From contig JACNKC010000077.1 of the NCBI GenBank assembly GCA_014382245.1, positions 7,395-71,394 on the forward strand: a stretch of 64,000 bases of DNA, given 5' to 3'. Under the pieces are notes generated by a model. It had not been told where the DNA came from. It saw nothing but the letters and a program-made list of their open reading frames with translations, and made no database searches. The position numbers and the translations under genes are program-made. The DNA is from Pseudomonadota bacterium (GTDB lineage: Bacteria; Desulfobacterota; Binatia; UBA1149). Position 1 is the stretch's first letter; each line of letters opens with the position of its first letter. Shown here piece after piece: positions 29,697 to 39,419 of this stretch.

Positions 29697-30443
29697 TCAA
29701 GCTCGGGCAACGACCGCGTCGTCGCTCCAGACCGGCCTGTATTCGGGAGCAACTTCTACTCCGAGCCGTTGACGAACTTCAGTCAGTGGCCGCGCGAGCA
29801 GGGCCTCCCAGTCCTGGGCCGGTAGCAGGCCGGCCTCTAGGCCACTGCGGCGACCGCGCCGCACGACCGCCGGTACCCAGAAGTGTCTCATCTGAAGACT
29901 TTTCAAAGTAGCAAGAAAAACTATAAGGCGAATGCCCCGGTTTCGCGTCTGTGCCCATGTGAAGGCCAGCAGCGCGTCCTCGCCGACGAGATCGCAGCCG
30001 TAGCCGGTGACCACGTGCCACAGATCGTGCATGTCGCGCAGCCGTGTACTAAGTGTTTCGGCCCGTGGGTCGATAAACTCGATTACCTGCGCTTTTTGCT
30101 TGCTGGCTTCTGGGAGGCCGTTGGCCGAAAGCTGTTCGGTGTTTACGAAGTCAAGGTAGGCTCGCCCCAGGCTGCCTTCTGGCAGGCCCGCAAGCATTCG
30201 TTTGTCGCGTAGGACCTCGAGCAGGGCCTCCGGGTGGCGGGTTATGACTCGGCGACCCACCTCGTCCGCTTCCACCCGCCGAAACAGCCGCTCGAAGCCG
30301 GAGCCCGAAAGGGCGCTGATGATGATAAACACCTGGCCGGTGTCGTCCGGGTCAGCGAAGAGTTTCCTGATGGCTCTCCACGCCACCAATGGCTTGAGTT
30401 TCACGTCGTTTGTTATGCGCTGTCTGGCCACCGGGAGCTCCAA
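29697..30443 (-). CDS. Coq4-family protein (ubiquinone biosynthesis Coq4 homolog)
   Basis: HDLWHVVTGYGCDLVGEDALLAF is the Coq4 HDxxH-x11-E zinc motif. Confidence 0.65.
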   Translation of the reverse strand: MELPVARQRITNDVKLKPLVAWRAIRKLFADPDDTGQVFIIISALSGSGFERLFRRVEADEVGRRVITRHPEALLEVLRDKRMLAGLPEGSLGRAYLDFVNTEQLSANGLPEASKQKAQVIEFIDPRAETLSTRLRDMHDLWHVVTGYGCDLVGEDALLAFTWAQTRNRGIRLIVFLATLKSLQMRHFWVPAVVRRGRRSGLEAGLLPAQDWEALLARPLTEVRQRLGVEVAPEYRPVWSDDAVVARA

Positions 30444-30504
30444 CAGCTATTGTCATTTGCTGTGGTCGGTGAGTCAACGCTGGCTGGCAAAACAGGCACC
30501 CCAG

Positions 30505-30591
30505 GCCGGGATGGCGGAACTGGTAGACGCAGGGGACTTAAAATCCCCTGGGCGTAAGCCCGTCCGGGTTCAACTCCCGGTCCCGGCACCA
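30505..30591 (+). tRNA. tRNA-Leu (anticodon TAA)
   Basis: 87 nt with a long variable arm. Acceptor GCCGGGA / TCCCGGC, then A, then CCA. Anticodon loop CTTAAAA in a GGGGA/TCCCC stem. Confidence 0.85.
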
Positions 30592-30600
30592 TTATTTCAA

Positions 30601-30985
30601 TGACTGACTGGACTTCCCCCGGTTCTGTGGACAGAAGGATGGTATGCCCCGGGTTTCCCGGAGTCCGATTATTGGAATTTGGTGCTGCTCTCCATAGGAG
30701 GGCACCATGGGCAGACGGGGATATACATCGGAGTTTCGGCGTCCCGTACTCGAGTTGATCGGTACCGGGCGACCAGTGCGAGAGGTCGCCGGCGATCTCG
30801 GGATCAGCGAGCAGACGATCTACACGTGGAGGCGCCAGGATCGGATCGACCGGGGGTTGGAGCCGGGCCTGGCCTCGACCGAGCGTGCAGAATTGGTCGC
30901 CGCCCGAAAGCGTGTGCGCGAGTTGGAGACCGAGCTGGCAGTGCACCGACGCGCAGCCGAGTTGCTCAAGGAGAAGGCCCGCCCA
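30601..30985 (+). mobile_element. IS3-family insertion-sequence remnant (left end plus orfA only)
   Basis: A putative left inverted repeat TGACTGACTGGACTTCCCCC sits at 30601-30620, directly after tRNA-Leu. The 30707-30983 ORF encodes an IS3 OrfA-like HTH/leucine-zipper protein (MGRRGYTSEFRRPVLELIG...DLGISEQTIYTWRRQDRIDRG...RKRVRELETELAVHRRAAELLKEKA). There is no orfB and no right inverted repeat. Confidence 0.6.
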
Positions 30986-31621
30986 AAAGCAGGTACGCGG
31001 CAGCAGCCATACTCGGAGGCATTGTCAGGCGATCCGGCAGCTGATGGCTACGTGCTGCTGGTGGATCAGAAGGGCCCACGTATTGTAGCCGACAACATTG
31101 CACTCACCAACGAACTTCGAATTGATCCGACCGGGCAGTACCTCTACCTTGCTGAGTCGATGGCGAGCCGTATCCTGCGATTTCCGATTCTGGAAGATGG
31201 AGGCCTCGGTGAGAGAGAGATTGCCGGCCCGGATGTGTTCGGCCCGGCTGACTGGCCAGACGGTATCGCATTCGATGCCGAAGGTAACCTCTGGATTACA
31301 TTTTTTACCACCAATGAATTGAAGATATTAACGCCCGGGGGTGACGTACATACGGTTTTCAGTGACCGGCAGACTGAGGCCGTTGAACTCGTGGCCAGGG
31401 AATTCGCTGCGAGAGACATGTCCATCCCGGACGTGTTTGCCTGTGCCGGTCCACGCGTCGGACTGTGCGCCAGCGTAAATTTTGGTGGCCCGGACCTGCG
31501 AGATGTCTACATCGGTTCGCTGGCCATGGACCGGGTACTCACGTTTCGCTCACCCGTTCCCGGTCATCCCATGCCGCATTGGAATCGGTATATTAATATG
31601 GAGAAAACCCCGGTGGCGTAA
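30986..31621 (+). pseudogene. 5'-truncated SMP-30/gluconolactonase/LRE-like gene fragment
   Basis: The C-terminal SGL motifs DGIAFDAEGNLWIT and GGPDLRDVYIGS are present, but the N-terminal roughly one-third of the family is missing. It is read in-frame with the IS3 orfA fragment as a single 304-aa chimeric ORF (30707-31621). Confidence 0.55.
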
Positions 31622-31740
31622 CCGTAGATCAGCAATTCGACGACAAAGCGTGCCAAGTGATCTTCAGGAAGCCAGTCCTGCATAGAGGGAGGAAACAAAT
31701 AGTCTGTTTCTCTATCAGCGGTTATGAAATTTCCCATCAC
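31564..31740 (-). mobile_element. IS5/IS1182-family (DUF772) transposase N-terminal remnant
   Basis: A 58-aa minus-strand ORF, VMGNFITADRETDYLFPPSMQDWLPEDHLARFVVELLIYGYATGVFS..., carries the DUF772 signature (LxPxSLDDWLPEDHxxRF ... LLYGYATGV), then diverges and stops. The local sequence is more AT-rich than its surroundings. Confidence 0.55.
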
Positions 31741-31810
31741 CTTATTCCTGTCTCTCCAGCTAGCCGTGATTATCTCACTTTGATCCAGTTAGGTTAAGTC
31801 CGACAGGCTG

Positions 31811-33262
31811 CTAGTAGCGATAGTGGGCAGGCTTGTATGGCCCTTCCACCGGGATTCCCAGGTATTCGGCCTGCTCCGGAGTGAGCTCGGTGAGTTGCAC
31901 GCCGAGTTGGCCGAGATGAAGGCGGGCGACTTCCTCGTCGAGGGTCTTGGGCAGCATGTAAACATTGTTCTCGTAGTTGCCAGCGTTCTCGTGCAGCTCG
32001 ATCTGGGCCAGCACCTGGTTGGTGAAGGAAGCACTCATCACGAACGAAGGGTGGCCCGTGGCGCAACCCAGGTTCAGCAACCGGCCCTCGGCCAGGATCA
32101 TTACGCTGTGGCCGTCGGGAAAGATCCACTCGTCGTATTGGGGCTTGATGGTAACGTTCTTGATACCCGGTATCTTTTTCAGCCCGGCCATATCGATCTC
32201 GTTGTCAAAGTGGCCGATGTTGCCCACGATCGCCTTGTCCTTCATGCGCGCCATGTGGTCGGCGGTAATGATGTTGAAGTTGCCCGTGGTGGTGACGAAT
32301 ATATCCGCTTGCCCTACCACGTTCTCGAGGGTGTTGACTTCGTATCCTTCCATCGCGGCCTGGAGTGCGCAGATAGGATCAATCTCGGTGACGATTACCC
32401 GGCAGCCCTGGCCCCGCAGGCTCTGGGCGCTACCCTTGCCCACTTCTCCGTATCCGCAGACCAAGGCCACCTTGCCGCCGAGCATCACGTCCGAGGCTCG
32501 CATCAGCCCGTCGGGCAGGCTGTGGCGACAGCCGTAGACGTTGTCGAATTTACTCTTGGTGACCGAGTCGTTGACGTTGATGGCGGGAAAGAGCAGTTCG
32601 CCCTTCTCGGCCATCTGGTAGAGGCGGTGCACACCGGTGGTGGTTTCCTCGGACACGCCGCGCAGGCCTTCGGCGATGTTCGTCCAGGTGCCCGGGTGGG
32701 CGGCGAGGGTGCGGCTGAGCAGTCCGAGGATCACTCCGTATTCCTCCGAGTCGGTTTCGGGGTTAAAGGCGGGCACCTTCCCGCTCTTTTCGAATTCGGC
32801 AGCCTTGTGAACCAGCAGGGTGGCGTCGCCTCCGTCGTCGACGATGAGGTCGGGACCACCGCCATCGGGCCACATAAGGGCAGCCTCGGTGCAGTCCCAG
32901 TATTCTTCGAGGCTCTCGCCCTTCCACGCATACACGGGTATGCCCCTGGGCGCGTCCACGCTGCCATCCGGGCCCACCACCACAGCGGCGGCGGCATGGT
33001 CCTGGGTGGAGAAGATGTTGCAGCTCACCCAGCGCACGTCGGCCCCGAGATCCACCAGGGTCTCGATCAGCACCGCGGTCTGAATGGTCATGTGGAGGCT
33101 ACCCATGATCCTGGCGTTGGCGAGGGGCTTCTTGCCCGCGTAGCGTTCGCGCAGGGCCATCAACCCCGGCATTTCGTGCTCGGCCAGGCGAATTTCCTTG
33201 CGGCCGAATTCGGCCTCGTTAATGTCGGCTATTTTGAAAGGCTGTTCGGTCAATTTGATCAT
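31811..33262 (-). CDS. ahcY: adenosylhomocysteinase
   Basis: About 483 aa, starting [35 protein letters not shown], with an NAD-binding domain. I trimmed it to ATG 33262, which has a GAGGGGAA SD. The antisense six-frame ORF at 31823-33331 is an artifact. Confidence 0.93.
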   Translation of the reverse strand: MIKLTEQPFKIADINEAEFGRKEIRLAEHEMPGLMALRERYAGKKPLANARIMGSLHMTIQTAVLIETLVDLGADVRWVSCNIFSTQDHAAAAVVVGPDGSVDAPRGIPVYAWKGESLEEYWDCTEAALMWPDGGGPDLIVDDGGDATLLVHKAAEFEKSGKVPAFNPETDSEEYGVILGLLSRTLAAHPGTWTNIAEGLRGVSEETTTGVHRLYQMAEKGELLFPAINVNDSVTKSKFDNVYGCRHSLPDGLMRASDVMLGGKVALVCGYGEVGKGSAQSLRGQGCRVIVTEIDPICALQAAMEGYEVNTLENVVGQADIFVTTTGNFNIITADHMARMKDKAIVGNIGHFDNEIDMAGLKKIPGIKNVTIKPQYDEWIFPDGHSVMILAEGRLLNLGCATGHPSFVMSASFTNQVLAQIELHENAGNYENNVYMLPKTLDEEVARLHLGQLGVQLTELTPEQAEYLGIPVEGPYKPAHYRY

Positions 33263-33734
33263 GAGTTCCCCTCGCGTGGTGTTGCGCCCCAGGTCGGCCG
33301 GGTCTGGGCCGCGGTTGAAACGCGGCATTGAGATATGTTGAGCTGCGTTTCGTCGAAGAAATACGCCCAGACGCGGGTTCAAAGCGGGCTGGACCCGAAC
33401 TGAACCTTTGCATACGGACGCAGTCTTCCGGGATCTCGGCTGCGTGTCAAGGCGAATACCCTGCTTTGACGGGCGTTTCGGACCCGTGCCTCTCTGGACC
33501 TCAAGTTACTCAGCCCGGTCTCAACACCCAACAAAGCCGTAGAGGGTAACCGAGTCGAAACGCCGTTGCGCAGGTAAAAGGTCGACAGGGCAGGGGGATA
33601 GATCCCTCGATCTCAAGTTCGGCGACATCGATCTCGTCTCCGACCGGGACGAAGCTGCTCTCTAGAAAACTGCTACCGAGTTTGTTTGCAACCAGCTCAT
33701 GGGTTCCCCCTTTCGTGTAGAGCCCGCTGTGAGT

Positions 33735-35813
33735 TCACGCCCGGTCTTCGAGCCTGTAGTCTCCATCATCGTCAACAACAGCCCTCCATCCCGGATAGAC
33801 GACAATGGTCGTGAAATCAGCTTCGATTATGGCCGGTCCTTCAATGGCGTGCCCGGGCAACAAGTCTGTATCACTATATATCGCTGTCTCCGCGAAACCT
33901 TCGCCGAGGTTGGCCCGCCTGCTCTCGCGAACAGGAGCTGGACCCTCAGCTGGCTGAGCCTTGCTGCCGAACTCAAGCCCCGGAACATCGGTGGAGGTCT
34001 GCAGCCTCACACCCGTGATTTCTGGAGTCTCTCGTTCCCTGTGGTGACCGTATTCTTTCTCGTGGACAGCGTGAAACGCCTCGCAGCTCCTTCGGGGTAA
34101 CTCAGCGTCTACGAAAGCCGCGCCGCTGTTGCCCCTCTCTTCGTGTACGACTACCGAGAGACTCCAGTTTTGGCCGGGATAGCGGAGGTTGAGAAGATAC
34201 CTGCTCTGCACCTGTCCCGGTGCAAAACCTGCAGCTGCAAAATAAGCAAAGGACTTGTCCAGCAACTCCCGCCACAAGCCGCTGAGTCTGGCCAGGTCAA
34301 TATCGGGCAACGGGCTGAGCAGTGCGCGCTCTTCGTCAATGGCCGGACGGGCGACCAGTGCTCCAAGGGCCGAAAAAGCCGGCGAGAAGCGGGGAATGAG
34401 CACGCGTTTGATTCCAAGGGCACGGGCTTGCACGCCGGCAAAGACCGGGCCGTTGCCGCCGTAAGCGAGCATCGTGAGCTCACGGGGATCCACGCCCCGG
34501 CCCGCGGTGGCCCGGCGGACAGCCTGGGTCATCGTAGCGTTAACAAGGCGCCAGCAGTCGTGGGCCGCTTGCTCGACGTCGAGGCCAAGGGGGCCAGCCA
34601 CGTGGGCTCGCATGGCTTCTTCGACGCCCTCGCGACTGAGCTGAAAGCCACCCCCCGCGAAGGTAGCAGTCTCGGACAACAGGCCCAGCAGGAGATTGGC
34701 ATCGGTGACCGTGGGCTCTCTTCCTCCACGGCCATAGCACACCGGGCCGGGGTCGGACCCTGCGCTACCCGGGCCAACGCTAAGCGAGCCGCTTCGTGCA
34801 CTGCACAACGACCCGCCACCGGCTCCCAGGGTTTCGACTTTCACCATGGGAGTGGCCACAAGGTAGCGATGGTGCCAGTTCCAACCGGCCTCGGCTGGCG
34901 CGGTGCCAGCCCGCACCAGTGCCACGTCGTAACTGGTCCCGCCCATGTCGACACAGAGCAGATCGGGCTCGTCTTTTCTTGCGGCGATGGCGGCGGCGCC
35001 GACCACTCCACCCGCAGGCCCGGAAGCTAATACACGTACCGGGCTACCGCGAAGGTAGTCCCTGGTCATCACTCCGCCACTGGACTGCATCACCAGGAGG
35101 TCGTTCTGGTAGCCGCCCGCACGCAATTGTTGCTCAAGTCGATCGAGATAGCCGCTCACCCGTGGCCCTATGTAAGCGTTTACCACCGTGGTGCTCGTTC
35201 GCTCGAATTCCGGTGCTCTCGGCAGGACCTGGTGAGACAGTGATTGTTCGGCTCCCGGCATCTCTTCTGAAATGATCTCGGAAAGTCTGAGCTCGTGAGC
35301 GGGGTTTACAAACGAAAACAGCAGGCTCACTGCCACCGACTCAACACCCTGGGATGCCAGGCGTTTTACGGCGAGTCGGGCGGTACTTTCATCCAGCTCC
35401 TGGTAGACCGAGCCGTCGAACAGCACCCGCTCATCGATTACCAGTCTTCGACGCCTTGGTACCAGGGGTATGGGTGGGGGAAGGCGGACATCCCAGATGT
35501 CTTCTTTGAAGCCTCTCCTCAGCTCGATCTCGTCTCGAAAACCGCTGGTCGTAAGCAGGCCGGTGAGGGCACCGCTGCCTTCGATGAGCGTGTTGTCGCC
35601 AACCGTAGTGCCATGAACTACCGCGTCGAGACGGCCCAGCAGTGAAGCCGTGTCGAGATCGAGGCGCCGGGCGAGTTTTTCCAGGCCGTTGATAACCGCA
35701 TTAGAGCGGTCGCCTGGCGTACTGAGCACCTTGTCGAGAATCAGTCCCCGGTCAGTCTGCAGGGCGAAATCGGTAAAGGTCCCGCCAATGTCGATTCCAA
35801 CGCGCCAGCCCAT
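33735..35813 (-). CDS. hydantoinase/oxoprolinase family protein, subunit A (HyuA-like)
   Basis: MGWRVGIDIGGTFTDFAL... is the Hydantoinase_A N-terminus. Its start overlaps the hyuB stop (TGATG). Confidence 0.88.
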   Translation of the reverse strand: MGWRVGIDIGGTFTDFALQTDRGLILDKVLSTPGDRSNAVINGLEKLARRLDLDTASLLGRLDAVVHGTTVGDNTLIEGSGALTGLLTTSGFRDEIELRRGFKEDIWDVRLPPPIPLVPRRRRLVIDERVLFDGSVYQELDESTARLAVKRLASQGVESVAVSLLFSFVNPAHELRLSEIISEEMPGAEQSLSHQVLPRAPEFERTSTTVVNAYIGPRVSGYLDRLEQQLRAGGYQNDLLVMQSSGGVMTRDYLRGSPVRVLASGPAGGVVGAAAIAARKDEPDLLCVDMGGTSYDVALVRAGTAPAEAGWNWHHRYLVATPMVKVETLGAGGGSLCSARSGSLSVGPGSAGSDPGPVCYGRGGREPTVTDANLLLGLLSETATFAGGGFQLSREGVEEAMRAHVAGPLGLDVEQAAHDCWRLVNATMTQAVRRATAGRGVDPRELTMLAYGGNGPVFAGVQARALGIKRVLIPRFSPAFSALGALVARPAIDEERALLSPLPDIDLARLSGLWRELLDKSFAYFAAAGFAPGQVQSRYLLNLRYPGQNWSLSVVVHEERGNSGAAFVDAELPRRSCEAFHAVHEKEYGHHRERETPEITGVRLQTSTDVPGLEFGSKAQPAEGPAPVRESRRANLGEGFAETAIYSDTDLLPGHAIEGPAIIEADFTTIVVYPGWRAVVDDDGDYRLEDRA

Positions 35814-37651
35814 CAGTTCGAAGATTCAGGTTCGGGATCTGTAGACCGTTCGGCAGTGAGAAGTTGGCGAAGGTCGTTGGTGGCGGGCAAGTCGATTTCG
35901 AGGTCCCCCTGCTCCAGCGTTCCGGTCAGCACGACACCGTACCGGGAGCGCGCTCCTTCCGGGCTCACGTACTCGTCGAGAATGTCTTCTAAAACGGCGG
36001 CGGGGTCGCGTAGAAGCGGGTTCTCAAATCCACCGCCACCGCCATACTGGTACGCTATCACCGCGCCCGCAGGCAACTGGGCGCGAAGCGAATTTTCTAC
36101 CTCGTACTCCTCGGGTGTGCCCACGCAGAAACGGTTGCCGTAGGGGCTGCCGGGGTCTCCACCCCTGAGGCCGTTGAGCGGATGCTTCTGCGAAACCATC
36201 CAGGCAATCGCCATGGTTGGTTCAAGAACTTTCTTGCTGTTGAGCGTGCCAGGTTGCCCGCGCCAGCGCCCGGCACCGCCCGTGTCAGTAGTCATTTCAC
36301 GCGACAGGTTGATAACCGGGAAACGGCTCTCTGCGTCTTCGGCTTGCGCGAGCACGAGATTGCCAAGACCGCTGCACATCGACCCCCATCCGTCGACACC
36401 CTGGGTTGCCGACGCGTCGGAAGCCCTGACGTCAACGCCCTGGTCCATCCACATGTTGCCGTGTTCGTCGACACCAACCACGGCGTTGGGCATGCCGAGC
36501 TTGTACACCTGCGGAGAGGAGCGTTCCGGAAGAATCTCGGACAGGGCCACGCAGATAGCTTCGGCGATCTCGCAGGCCGGGTGAAAAGCTCCCAGCGCTG
36601 CTGGCTTGTTGGGCGGAGGCTGCAGGATGGTGCCGTATGGAATGACCAGGTCGACCGCGTTGAACAAGCCCTCGTTCTTGGCGATGGTCGGGTCAACCAT
36701 CGATGCCAACTGGGCCATGGCATAACCTCGGCTGTTGGAGAAAGTATTCCATACGTTGGAGAGCTCTGGCCTGTCGTCGCTGCCCGTCATGTCGACGGTC
36801 AATTGGTCGCCGGCAACAGTACAATTAACGTGAACGTGCACGTCCGGGTTGCCCGCCGTGTCCTGGTCAATGAAGACATCGGCTTCGTAGGACCCATCGG
36901 GCCAGCTCTCCACTTCGGTCCTGAAACGTCGCTCGGTCTCGTCGATGTTGTAGTTGATCGCTGCCTTGATGCGGTCGTCGCCTTCGCGGTCAACCAACTC
37001 GCCCAGCAGGCTGGCACCGAGTTGCGCCGCGGCGATCATCGCCGAAATGTCGCCCTCGAAAGAGGGGAGGCGGTTGTTGCGCACCAACATGTCCACTGCG
37101 TCACCGCGCTTGCGGCCGCGGTGAACCAGCTTGAGGCGGGGAATGGCCATGCCTTCCTGGAAAATATCGACAGCGTCGGGCGAAAAACCACCGGGGTCCT
37201 TGCCCCCGGTGTCGCCCTGGTGGGCTTGCAGTGCAGCGATGAGCAACACCTTGCCGTCACGGTCGAATACCGGCGCGTAAACCGTGTAATCGGGTAGGTG
37301 GCCTCCGCCGTAGTCGGGGTCGTTGCCGACGAAGACGTCCCCCGCTCCCCAGTCATCTGCTTCGTGGTTCTCGAGTCCCCACCTCACAGCCATCGGTGAA
37401 ATGAAGAGTAGCTGGGGAATGCCCACCGAAAGCCCGGCGAGCCTACCGTTTCCGTCCATGATGCTACCGTTGCGCTCGTTGGACTGGTTGATGATAGCCG
37501 AGGAAGCCGATCGCCCCAGCAGCGTCGCGGTCTCAAAGCATACTGTTTCGAAGGCGCCGCGTATTATGTCCGCGCTTACTGCGTCTATCTGGCCCGCGCC
37601 ATCCAGGGCTGCCCGCCTGGCAGCCAACCTGAAGTTTAGCTCTTCGCTCAA
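35813..37651 (-). CDS. hydantoinase B/oxoprolinase family protein (HyuB-like)
   Basis: Hydantoinase_B homology runs from ...IDAVSADIIRGAFETV... through the C-terminus. The start is uncertain; TTG 37651 is a candidate, and the ORF-track extension to 37963 would overlap the divergent TetR. Confidence 0.8.
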   Translation of the reverse strand: MSEELNFRLAARRAALDGAGQIDAVSADIIRGAFETVCFETATLLGRSASSAIINQSNERNGSIMDGNGRLAGLSVGIPQLLFISPMAVRWGLENHEADDWGAGDVFVGNDPDYGGGHLPDYTVYAPVFDRDGKVLLIAALQAHQGDTGGKDPGGFSPDAVDIFQEGMAIPRLKLVHRGRKRGDAVDMLVRNNRLPSFEGDISAMIAAAQLGASLLGELVDREGDDRIKAAINYNIDETERRFRTEVESWPDGSYEADVFIDQDTAGNPDVHVHVNCTVAGDQLTVDMTGSDDRPELSNVWNTFSNSRGYAMAQLASMVDPTIAKNEGLFNAVDLVIPYGTILQPPPNKPAALGAFHPACEIAEAICVALSEILPERSSPQVYKLGMPNAVVGVDEHGNMWMDQGVDVRASDASATQGVDGWGSMCSGLGNLVLAQAEDAESRFPVINLSREMTTDTGGAGRWRGQPGTLNSKKVLEPTMAIAWMVSQKHPLNGLRGGDPGSPYGNRFCVGTPEEYEVENSLRAQLPAGAVIAYQYGGGGGFENPLLRDPAAVLEDILDEYVSPEGARSRYGVVLTGTLEQGDLEIDLPATNDLRQLLTAERSTDPEPESSN

Positions 37652-37798
37652 TTTGATCGCCTGGCTGCAGAACCGTGAACTCGTGAAAGGGATTATAATC
37701 TTGGCGACAATCCTGCAAGAGCCCCCGTGACCGTCTGAACTGCAACAGGCGGAATGTAACAGATTGACGAAGTGTGTCCAATTTGTTAGATTCAGCAC

Positions 37799-38476
37799 GT
37801 GGACGGGAAACCAGGCTTCTTGAAGGAGAATCCCGCGGCGCCGGGAAATCGCTTGCTGCCGACCGAGGGCCAGCTGCGGACCGGCCCCTTCGCGCGCGGG
37901 ACCGTACGCGAGGCTACACGGGAACGTATTCTTGAGGGCGCCATGAAAGCAGTGTCCAGCCACGGACTCTCCAAGCTAGAAATGACCGATGTCAGCGCCA
38001 GCGCCGGGGTTTCCCGGGGCACGCTGTACCGATACTTCTCGAACCGGGAGGAGTTGCTTCACAGCCTCACTATTCGCGAAGCCCAGGACTTCTGGAAGCG
38101 CTGCGTGGAGGCGCTGGAGGCCTGCGAGAGGGATGACGAGCGCCTGAAGTTGCTGATGCTTCACGCCACCCGCTACGTCAGTGACCACGCCGCCCTGCAA
38201 CGCTTACTTGAGACCGACCCGGCCTTTGTCCTTTGCTCGCTCAGGCAGAGTTTTACCTCGGTGCGCGACGAGCTGGGGAGACTGCTCGCGCCGGCCCTGG
38301 AGAACAGCGGGCCGGTAAAAGCAGGCGTTGTTTCGGTGGACCAGCTGGTGGATTGGCTGACACGCATTCTCGTCACCACTTACCTCTTTCCGATCGAAGA
38401 CAGCGCTGCCATGGAGAGCGCCATGGAGTCCATGCACGGCCTGCTGGTCGGGCTGAGAGGATCTGATGAAGCGTGA
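37799..38476 (+). CDS. TetR/AcrR family transcriptional regulator (head of the oxidative cluster)
   Basis: HTH ...GLSKLEMTDVSASAGVSRGTLYRYFSNREEL. The start may be downstream of 37799. Confidence 0.78.
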   Translation: MDGKPGFLKENPAAPGNRLLPTEGQLRTGPFARGTVREATRERILEGAMKAVSSHGLSKLEMTDVSASAGVSRGTLYRYFSNREELLHSLTIREAQDFWKRCVEALEACERDDERLKLLMLHATRYVSDHAALQRLLETDPAFVLCSLRQSFTSVRDELGRLLAPALENSGPVKAGVVSVDQLVDWLTRILVTTYLFPIEDSAAMESAMESMHGLLVGLRGSDEA

Positions 38477-39419
38477 CTTTCCTTTTCCGCTGCCGAACGG
38501 TTGGTTCCAGGTAGCGTGGTCGGACGAACTTGCTCGCGGTGAGCTCAAGCGACTGAAGTACTTCGGGAAAGAACTCGTGCTTTACCGTGGCGAAAACGGC
38601 AACGCGCACGCGCTTGACGCCTACTGCCCCCATCTCGGTGCCGACCTTGGTTGCGGGGGCAGGGTCGTGGGCAACAACCTCCGCTGCCCATTCCACCACT
38701 GGGAATTCGACGGTGACGGAGCATGTGTCGAGATACCTTACGCGAACAGGATTCCACCGAAAGCGTCGCTGAAATCCTGGCTGGTAGTAGAGAAAAACGG
38801 CATGATATACGCCCACTACCACCAGCAGGGAGAGGCTCCCGTCTTTGACGTACCCGACCTGCCCGAGTTTGGTGATGAGCAGTGGACCCCGTTTATCAAG
38901 CGGGACTTCATCGTCCGTAGCCGCAACCAGGAGCTGGCCGAGAACACCTGCGACCCGGCTCACTTCAAGTACGTGCACGGCACCGCCGGGCTGCCTACCG
39001 CCGAAGCCGATTTCGATGGCCCACTGCTCAAGGTCAAGCTGGACTACCCCATAGAAACCCGGAGCGGTGAGAAGCACGGTGAGGTTTCGATCTGCAGCTG
39101 GGGCTACGGCATAGGCATCACGCGCTTCACCGGCATAGTAGAAACTACCGTGTTCGTCGGCGGCACCCCGGTGGACGACGAATACGTCCACAATCGCATG
39201 TCTTTCACCCTCAAGAAACTGGACAGCGACGAAGCGACGAAGGCTGTGGGTGAAGCTTTTGTCAACGAGATCTCGCGGCAGTTCACCGAGGACATCCCGA
39301 TCTGGGAAAACAAGATTTACCTTGACCGTCCACTACTCTGCGACGGCGACGGCCCGATAGCCGTCATGCGCAGGTGGGGGCAGCAATTCTATTCGCCGTC
39401 GCCCGGGAGCTCCACGTGA
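38466..39419 (+). CDS. Rieske [2Fe-2S] non-heme iron oxygenase, alpha-subunit-like (KshA/phthalate-dioxygenase-like), copy 1
   Basis: Rieske site CPHLGADLG...CPFHHW (CxH-x17-CxxH). Mononuclear iron motif DPAHFKYVHG (D-x2-H-x4-H). Length 317 aa. Overlaps the TetR 3' end by 11 nt. Confidence 0.83.
   Translation: MKRDFPFPLPNGWFQVAWSDELARGELKRLKYFGKELVLYRGENGNAHALDAYCPHLGADLGCGGRVVGNNLRCPFHHWEFDGDGACVEIPYANRIPPKASLKSWLVVEKNGMIYAHYHQQGEAPVFDVPDLPEFGDEQWTPFIKRDFIVRSRNQELAENTCDPAHFKYVHGTAGLPTAEADFDGPLLKVKLDYPIETRSGEKHGEVSICSWGYGIGITRFTGIVETTVFVGGTPVDDEYVHNRMSFTLKKLDSDEATKAVGEAFVNEISRQFTEDIPIWENKIYLDRPLLCDGDGPIAVMRRWGQQFYSPSPGSST

Noticed and set aside
30707-31621. The 304-aa ORF as a single genuine gene
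   Set aside because: Its N-terminal 92 aa are an IS3 OrfA-type transposase fragment, and the remainder is the C-terminal part of a gluconolactonase. It is a junction artifact of insertion and truncation, not a functional fusion.
33263-33500. SAH riboswitch upstream of ahcY
   Set aside because: The conserved cores were not found on the transcribed strand. The leader has only generic hairpins.
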